From an uncultured Thermoleophilia bacterium (GTDB taxonomy: Bacteria > Actinomycetota > Thermoleophilia > UBA2241): 62,220 bases of DNA. Below the pieces are notes generated by a model. That model saw only the letters and a list, made by a program, of their open reading frames with translations. It did no database searches and was not told the DNA's origin. Position numbers and translations under genes: made by a program. Positions 56,284 through 62,220 of this stretch are shown in pieces. The stretch is from positions 1 to 62,220 of the forward strand of contig CAIOZS010000112.1 in the NCBI GenBank assembly GCA_903862845.1, given 5' to 3'. The stretch's first letter is position 1, and each line of letters opens with the position of its first letter.

Positions 56284-58002
56284 TCACTGCGTCAGGTCGT
56301 CCGCGCAGGGCAGACTGCGGTGCAGATAGGCCTCGAGCACGTTGTTGATATCGCCGTAGAAGTTGCCGGCGCCGATGAGCTCGGTGAGGCCGTCCTTGTC
56401 GAGCTCGGCCTTGACCTCGTCCGGCACCTCGCAGACCACCAGGGTGATGCCGTGCCTGTGCAAGCGCTCGACGCCCGCACGCAGCATGGCGGAGCCGGTA
56501 TAGTCCACGTCGATCACGGCCTCGGCGACGAGGCAGAGCCACTCCAGCGGCGGTTGCGCGTTCTTTCTGATTGCGCGGGTATCCTCGACGAGGCGGCCGG
56601 CGTTGGCGTAGTAGAGGCTCGCTCCGAAGCGATACATGGCGAGCCCCGGCGCCGCCTGCGCTCCACTGGTCAGAGGCTTGCCCAGCCAGCGCCCCGTTGG
56701 GCCCTGCACGAGCAACTTGTTTGACGGCAAGTAGCTATGCCGCAGGTGAATCACGACCGACAGCACGATGGCGACGATGACGCCCTGCTCCACGCCGACG
56801 AAGACGACGGCGGCGGCGGTGATGGCGGCCACGACGAGCTCCAGCCGGCGGCTATGAAGTACCTTGCGCATGCCCGTAGCGTCCACGAGCTTCACGCCGA
56901 TGAGGAACACGACGGCGGCCAGCACCGCTTCGGGCACGTAGCCGAGCGGCTTGGTGAAGAACAGCAACACGATGAGGACGATAGCGGCCGTCGTGAGCTG
57001 TGCCAGCTGGCTGCGCCCGCCCGCCGAATCGACCATCGCCGTCTTGGTCGGGCTCCCGTTCACGACGAATGTCCCTGTGAGGCCGCCAGCGATGTTGGCC
57101 AGGCTGAGGCCGACGAGATCCGTGTTCTCGTCGAAGTCCTCGTTGAACTTCGCAGCGTACGCGCGGGACGTGGCGGCGCTCTGTGCCAGGATGACGACAA
57201 AGATCGAGACCGCTGTGCCGGCGATCTTGGCGTAGTCGACGGCGGCGATGCCGGGCCAGGCGAAGTGGGGCAGTCCGCCGGAGATCGTGCCCAGGGTGCT
57301 CACGCCGTGAGCGGACAGGTCCAGGGCCGCGCTCGCCACCATCGCCCCCACGACCGCGACGAGCGCCCACGGCACCCGCTTGAACAGCCGGTCGCCGAGA
57401 ATGATGACGAGCAGCACCGCCGCCGAGACGGCCAGCGTGGTCAGGCTCGTCTTCCCGAGGTCCTTGGCCCAGTTGTAGATCTGGAGCGCGGGGCCGCGAC
57501 CCACCCTCGCGTAGCCGAACATGCCCGCGAGCTGGCCGCAGGCCACCTGGATGCCGACGCCGGTGAGGAAGCCGATGAGCACGGTGCGCGAGAGGAAGTC
57601 GGCGAGAAAGCCCAGGCGCAGGACGCGCGCGAGCAGCAGGAACGCGCCGGAGAAGAGGGCGAGCATGCCCGCGAGGGCGACGTACTGCGGCGAGCCCGCG
57701 GTGGCCAGCGGCGTGAGGGCGGCAAACATGATGGCCGCCGTCGCCGAGTCGGCGCCGACCACGAGGTGGCGCGACGACCCGAGGATGGCGAAGAGGGCGA
57801 GGGGGATGAGGATGGTGTAGAGGCCGGTGATGACCGGCATGCCGGCGATCTTCGTGTAGCCCATCACCTCGGGGATGGCCAGCGCCGCCAGGGTGATGCC
57901 GGCGATCACCTCTTGGGATACGCCCCCCTTATCGACGGGAAGAATGCCTTCGAACAGTGCGACGGGGAGGCGCCGGCGGCGGGCCGTCACCTCAGCCGCC
58001 AC
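56284..58002 (-). CDS. SulP/SLC26 anion transporter with STAS domain
   Basis: AGITLAALAIPEVMGY, GSSRHLVVGADS, GGRSQLA, YRFGASLYYANA, DVDYTG. Confidence 0.93.
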   Translation of the reverse strand: MAAEVTARRRRLPVALFEGILPVDKGGVSQEVIAGITLAALAIPEVMGYTKIAGMPVITGLYTILIPLALFAILGSSRHLVVGADSATAAIMFAALTPLATAGSPQYVALAGMLALFSGAFLLLARVLRLGFLADFLSRTVLIGFLTGVGIQVACGQLAGMFGYARVGRGPALQIYNWAKDLGKTSLTTLAVSAAVLLVIILGDRLFKRVPWALVAVVGAMVASAALDLSAHGVSTLGTISGGLPHFAWPGIAAVDYAKIAGTAVSIFVVILAQSAATSRAYAAKFNEDFDENTDLVGLSLANIAGGLTGTFVVNGSPTKTAMVDSAGGRSQLAQLTTAAIVLIVLLFFTKPLGYVPEAVLAAVVFLIGVKLVDATGMRKVLHSRRLELVVAAITAAAVVFVGVEQGVIVAIVLSVVIHLRHSYLPSNKLLVQGPTGRWLGKPLTSGAQAAPGLAMYRFGASLYYANAGRLVEDTRAIRKNAQPPLEWLCLVAEAVIDVDYTGSAMLRAGVERLHRHGITLVVCEVPDEVKAELDKDGLTELIGAGNFYGDINNVLEAYLHRSLPCADDLTQ

Positions 58003-58405
58003 GAGTGTCCCTTCGGCGCCACGAGGCGCGCCTCGGCGCGAGGTCGCTGGGCCGAGACTCCGATCTCTCTGGGCGCGTAGCCCAACTGGCCTCCTGTGCC
58101 GCGGCTGACGTCCGGTGCGCCGGCGTATCCTATCCCTCGGGGCCGGCTGGCGGCGGAGTGGCAGGCAGGCACCAGCGCCGACGTGGCCCCGCGATGATCT
58201 CCGCCGGCGCGCGGCCGGCCCTCAGCAGCTCGCACGTGCGGCGCATGGGCGCGTCGCTGTGATGGGAGAGCGTCCTGAAAGCAGGAGGACCAGCACTGGC
58301 GGCGCGTGACCATCCCCGTCGCTCCGGCGCCGGTGAGCCACGAACGGGGCGCCCGGCGGACGCGCAGCCGGCACCGCCGACCCCGGCGGCTGCGGCGCGG
58401 GGTTG

Positions 58406-58520
58406 TGCGAAAAGGGAAGACAAGGATTCCCTGACTTTCGCGTCGCAGGGGGCCGTCCGCAGGCTCGCTCGCTGATGGGGAGGATAAGGATCGGCCGGCA
58501 TTCCTTGTCTTCCCTCGCAG
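58406..58520. repeat. Long-range inverted repeat in an intergenic region
   Basis: agggaagacaagga (58413-58426) and tccttgtcttccct (58502-58515) are perfect complements; extended by tgcga/tcgca. Confidence 0.7.
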
Positions 58521-58739
58521 GACTACCTCGCCGCGGCGGCTCCCACGGCTGCGGCGCACGGGCGCGTGCCGGCCCCGCGCTCGCCGCCTGCGGGCCGCCA
58601 GGGGAGACAGCCGTGGCGGCCGTGGCGCGCGGCGCACCATGTCCGCCTTCTTGCCGCTCGTCGATCCGGAAGCTGAACGCGGAGACGGACGGAAGGGGAT
58701 GGTCATGTGGCGGCGGGCAAGCTCACCGTCGCGGCGGTC

Positions 58740-59414
58740 TCACGACAGCCCGCCGATGCCCTTGCCGACCAGCGTCACGCCGAAGACCACGAAGAGCACG
58801 ATCATCACAGTCGCGTTGTTGGCCGCCAGCCACGCTTTCCAGCCGTCCAGCGCCTTCGTCGCCTTGTCGCCCATGGCGAAGTACACGCCTACCGGAGCGA
58901 TGAGGCCCAGGCTGCCGACGACGACGAGCACGAGGAGGACGACCGCCTGCTGGAAGCCGCTGAGGCCCGACTGAGCGATCCCGGCCGCAGCCGTCGCACA
59001 GAGGATCAGGTTCTTCGGGTTCACGCCGGAGAGCAGTGCCCCGATGGCCAGAGATCTCGTGGGCGTGAAGGTGTCCAGCGCCCTCATCCACTTCGGCATG
59101 GACGCCTCCTCGCCCGCTCCCGGGCGCGTCTTGAAGCGGCGCCATGCGAGGACCAACAGCAGCAGGCCGAGCACGAGCCTGATCGCGCCGACCGTCCGCG
59201 AGGGTCCGCTCGACGTGGCGACCTCCGCGTTGTTGGCCACGATGAGAACGACGGTGCCGACAAGCGCCAGGCCGAGCAACCAGCCACCGAGAAAGGCGAG
59301 GCCGTTGCTGCGCGCCTTCGGCGAGATCAGCATCAGGATGATGGCGATGATCGGCACCGGGCTGATGGCGATACCGATCGCCAAGGGAAGCATCTCGCCG
59401 ATCGCAGAGCCCAT
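58740..59414 (-). CDS. GAP (Gap/Sap) family membrane protein
   Basis: RBS GGAGG; LPLAIGIAISPVPII, FLGGW, NPKNL, WL..NN. Confidence 0.88.
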   Translation of the reverse strand: MGSAIGEMLPLAIGIAISPVPIIAIILMLISPKARSNGLAFLGGWLLGLALVGTVVLIVANNAEVATSSGPSRTVGAIRLVLGLLLLVLAWRRFKTRPGAGEEASMPKWMRALDTFTPTRSLAIGALLSGVNPKNLILCATAAAGIAQSGLSGFQQAVVLLVLVVVGSLGLIAPVGVYFAMGDKATKALDGWKAWLAANNATVMIVLFVVFGVTLVGKGIGGLS

Positions 59415-59488
59415 ATGCCCTCCAGTCCCCTCGTCCGGCCGGCGTCGGGGCCCTTCGGGCCCGCGGCCGCTCAATAGCACTTCGTCGA

Positions 59489-61222
59489 TCAGTCCTCGTC
59501 GGGAGTCTTGCCGCGCAGCCAGCGCCAGGTCAGCCGGATGACGATGAGGAAGCTGAGGATCAGCGCGAGAACGAAGCCGAAGGGCGCGATGCCGGCGAGG
59601 ATGTCCCAGATGCCACCGTGGAGGCGCACCGCGGCGATACCGTACGTCGCGACGGCGGACCCGACCAGCATCCCGACCAGCATGAGGGCGATGACGATCT
59701 CCCGCCCCAGCCGCGTCAACCGGTTCACTTCTTTGGAGAGCGCCGACGTGTCGAGCCTCACTTCAAAGCGGCCCTTCTGATACTGGTCGAGCCACTTCGC
59801 CGTGGCTTCGGTGAGCGTGGGGATGCGCTCGACCACCTCGCCGACCACGCTCATCGCCTGCTTCTTGGCCTCGGCAATGATCTTCTCGCCGGTGATCGCC
59901 TCGAGCGCCATGTCTCGCAGCATCGGCACGCCCTCCGAGAGCAGGCCACTGCCCGTGGAGAGGGCGCGAGCCACACTCTCGGTCTGGACGAGCGCTTTGA
60001 CGGCGAGTGTCAGGTCGGCGTCGAGCCGCAGACCGTGGAGACGCAGCAGCTCGAAGCCTTCGCCGGCCACCTGGCCGAACGAGACGACGCGCCCATGGCC
60101 CATGTAGCGGCCCATGCGGCGCGCGAAGTCCCGGCGGAAGGCCTTCTCGTCAACGTCGCCTCTGAAAGGCGTGCTCATCGCGCGCAGCGCGCCGGCCATG
60201 CCGTCCACGCTCCGTTGCTGCGTGACGATCATCAGCTGGGCGAGGCGCAGGCGTTGCTGCAGGTCGAGCTCGCCCATCATTCCCAGATCGATGAAGGTGA
60301 TCACGCCGGTAGTGAGGTCGACGAGCAGGTTGCCCGGATGCGGGTCGGCGTGGAAGAAGCCGTCGACGGGGAGCTGCTTGATGAGGGCGCGCAGGGCGTT
60401 ACGCGCGAGCTCTTCGCGGTCCAGGCCCGCCAGCTCGATCGACTCCACGTCGCTGATCTTGACGCCGTTGATGAACTCCTGGGTGATCACCGTCGCGGTC
60501 GAGAGCTCCGCGAAGACGGCCGGGACGTGCACCCCGGGAACGCGCTCCATGTTCTCCGCGAGGCGGAGCGCGTTGTAAGCCTCGCCGCGGTAGTCGAGCT
60601 CTTCGAGAACGCCGGACGAGAACTGCTCGAGCATGCCCACCAGGTCCATGGCGCGCACCGACTCGGACCTGCTCGAGACGACGCGCGCCGCGTTCTGCAT
60701 GATGCCGAGGTCGGCGCGCATGGTCTTCGCGATGTTCGGGCGCTGCACCTTGACCGCGACCTTGGTGCCGTCGTGGAGCGTGGCCCGATGCACCTGGGCG
60801 GTGGACGCCGCGGCAAACGGCCGCGGCTCGAACGCCGCGTAGAGCTCCTCGGGCGGCGCTCCCAGCTCCTCGATGATGCGCCGGCGCACCTGGTCGCTGG
60901 GGAACGGAGGCACGTCGTCCTGAAGCCTGGTCAGCTCAGTCGCCCAGTCGACAGGAAGCACCGACGCCTGGCTCGACACGATCTGCCCGATCTTCACGTA
61001 GGTGGGCCCCAGCTCCTCGAGCATCAGACGAAGCTTCACCGCGGTGCTCGGCTCCTCCCAGCCCTTCGGCAGGCGCCAGGCCCAGGTCTGCATCGCGTGG
61101 CGGAAGCCCCCGACCAGCTCCGAGCGATTGAGCGCCGCGTCGTACCCGTACCGCATGAGCGTGTTGTAGACCTGCTGCAGGCGGAGGTCTTCGCGGACCC
61201 TGTCGAGGGCCGAGCGCCTCAT
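59489..61222 (-). CDS. ABC1/AarF/UbiB-family atypical kinase
   Basis: LGPTYVKIGQ, LQDDVPP, AAASTAQVH, VAVKVQRP, FHADPHPGN, DLGM; C-terminal TMs. Confidence 0.92.
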   Translation of the reverse strand: MRRSALDRVREDLRLQQVYNTLMRYGYDAALNRSELVGGFRHAMQTWAWRLPKGWEEPSTAVKLRLMLEELGPTYVKIGQIVSSQASVLPVDWATELTRLQDDVPPFPSDQVRRRIIEELGAPPEELYAAFEPRPFAAASTAQVHRATLHDGTKVAVKVQRPNIAKTMRADLGIMQNAARVVSSRSESVRAMDLVGMLEQFSSGVLEELDYRGEAYNALRLAENMERVPGVHVPAVFAELSTATVITQEFINGVKISDVESIELAGLDREELARNALRALIKQLPVDGFFHADPHPGNLLVDLTTGVITFIDLGMMGELDLQQRLRLAQLMIVTQQRSVDGMAGALRAMSTPFRGDVDEKAFRRDFARRMGRYMGHGRVVSFGQVAGEGFELLRLHGLRLDADLTLAVKALVQTESVARALSTGSGLLSEGVPMLRDMALEAITGEKIIAEAKKQAMSVVGEVVERIPTLTEATAKWLDQYQKGRFEVRLDTSALSKEVNRLTRLGREIVIALMLVGMLVGSAVATYGIAAVRLHGGIWDILAGIAPFGFVLALILSFLIVIRLTWRWLRGKTPDED

Positions 61223-61785
61223 GGTTGGCCTCCGTCCGGCCGCGGCGGCTCCGCGTCGGCGTCTTCTCTGGCAAGCTCGGGAGTGTCTTCCGCCGTGGCG
61301 GCGATCAGCTCGGCCTCGAGGAGCCCTCGCTTGCTCCGTGCGATGTCCCTCTTGAGGGCTTCGGGGCCTCCCTCCACGATCGGCGGCGCGAGCCCCAGCA
61401 GGTTCTGCAGGAGGCCCTCCACCAGGCCGCAGACGAGGCCGCCGACGAGCGCCCAGAGGATGCCCTGCACGAAGAAGCGCTCCGGGAAGAGCCAGTCGAG
61501 AGTCCACAGCATCAGCGTGTTGATCAGCACGACGACAAGGCCGTACGAAACGAAGATCAGGGGGAGCATGACAATCTGGAGCAGCGGCTTGAGGAAGGCG
61601 TTGAGGAACCCGAAGACAGCGCTGATCAGGACCCACGACAGGATGGGATAGTCTCCGCCGAAGAAGACGTGCGGCACGATCGCCACAGTGACGAGCAGGG
61701 ACAGGCCGTTCACGAGGAAGCGCAGCAAGAGCGGCCGCACGCGGAAGTGCAGCTCAGCGTGTGCCACCGAGTGCAGAGTGGCCAT
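61219..61785 (-). CDS. Phage-holin-like (YvlD/DUF360) membrane protein
   Basis: FGFLNAFLKPLL, LPLIFVSYGL, INTLML; ATGA overlap with the ABC1 kinase gene. Confidence 0.85.
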   Translation of the reverse strand: MATLHSVAHAELHFRVRPLLLRFLVNGLSLLVTVAIVPHVFFGGDYPILSWVLISAVFGFLNAFLKPLLQIVMLPLIFVSYGLVVVLINTLMLWTLDWLFPERFFVQGILWALVGGLVCGLVEGLLQNLLGLAPPIVEGGPEALKRDIARSKRGLLEAELIAATAEDTPELAREDADAEPPRPDGGQP

Positions 61786-62220
61786 CAGATGACCCCCTCG
61801 ACCCGGACCGGTTCAGGCTTCATCTTCACCGTTTCAATCGCTGACGAGCCCCTTCGCCGCCGGCGAAATCACTGGGGCGCGTCGGTGGCGATCGACGCAA
61901 GGGCGACGACACTGCCCCAGCTTCGACGGTCGAATCATACAACGCGCCCCGCATGCCGTCGCGTCATGCGACCCGCCGCAGTGGAAGGGCTACGAAGTGG
62001 TCAAGGAGCATGCCGAGCTCCGTCCGTCCGCGGCGTCGCGATGAAGTCGCCGACCAGACCGGCGGGGAGCTGCCGCTCGCGCTCAAGAAAGGGGATGGGC
62101 CGCGACGACTGGGGGGCAGTCATCGCGGCCCATGTGGGGCCAGCGGCTCCCGGGCGTCAGGAGGTAGAACACCCGGGCAAGTGGGCACCGACTCGGTGGG
62201 GGCACACCGTACTTCAGTCG

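Noticed and set aside
57987-58706. Protein-coding ORFs in the GAP-SulP gap
   Set aside because: Arg/Pro-rich translations without an RBS or recognisable motif
233-61651. Many long antisense or alternative-frame ORFs (e.g. 233..2425, 10658..12793, 48335..50671, 59618..61651)
   Set aside because: Typical high-GC shadow ORFs over well-supported genes; no family motifs
61219-61785. Prophage suggested by the holin-like gene
   Set aside because: This family is common on chromosomes and there are no phage structural or integration genes nearby
1-62220. tRNA-Pyl, pylSBCD, other tRNA/rRNA genes, CRISPR arrays, transposases or integrases
   Set aside because: None recognised by eye; no CTCTAAA anticodon arm in a tRNA context and no spaced repeat array. 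A formal scan could still find a divergent RNA

Overview
Very GC-rich bacterial chromosome segment. The gene content (L,D-transpeptidase, GAP/DUF1269/holin-like membrane proteins, purS/Q/L, rubredoxin, corrinoid-type methyltransferases) suggests an Actinomycetota-like organism with anaerobic traits; this taxonomy is inference only. It holds about 58 CDS: a purine operon (purS-purQ-purL-purF-cls-purM, then a PfkB kinase, a divergent formyltransferase and an EhaR-like HAD hydrolase), cell-envelope genes (ldt, ddl, wbpA/B/D-like), two LuxR regulator + APC permease modules, aroA, and a decaying accessory region with several gene relics. Main result: two methylamine methyltransferase genes, mttB (36475-37944) and mtbB (38810-40195), each contain one in-frame TAG at the conserved pyrrolysine position, with homology continuing past the TAG. 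The ORF track splits each gene in two. This implies pyrrolysine (amber) decoding, although about ten genes here, including mtbB itself, still stop at TAG. No pylTSBCD, corrinoid-protein or RamA gene was recognised in the window. Also notable: a non-Pyl MttB paralog with Cys at the Pyl site, two LysA-like decarboxylases lacking the catalytic Cys, and four copies of a pseudopilin-like WPxNP[WY]T domain. All family assignments come from motif recognition and recalled sequences, not from database searches.
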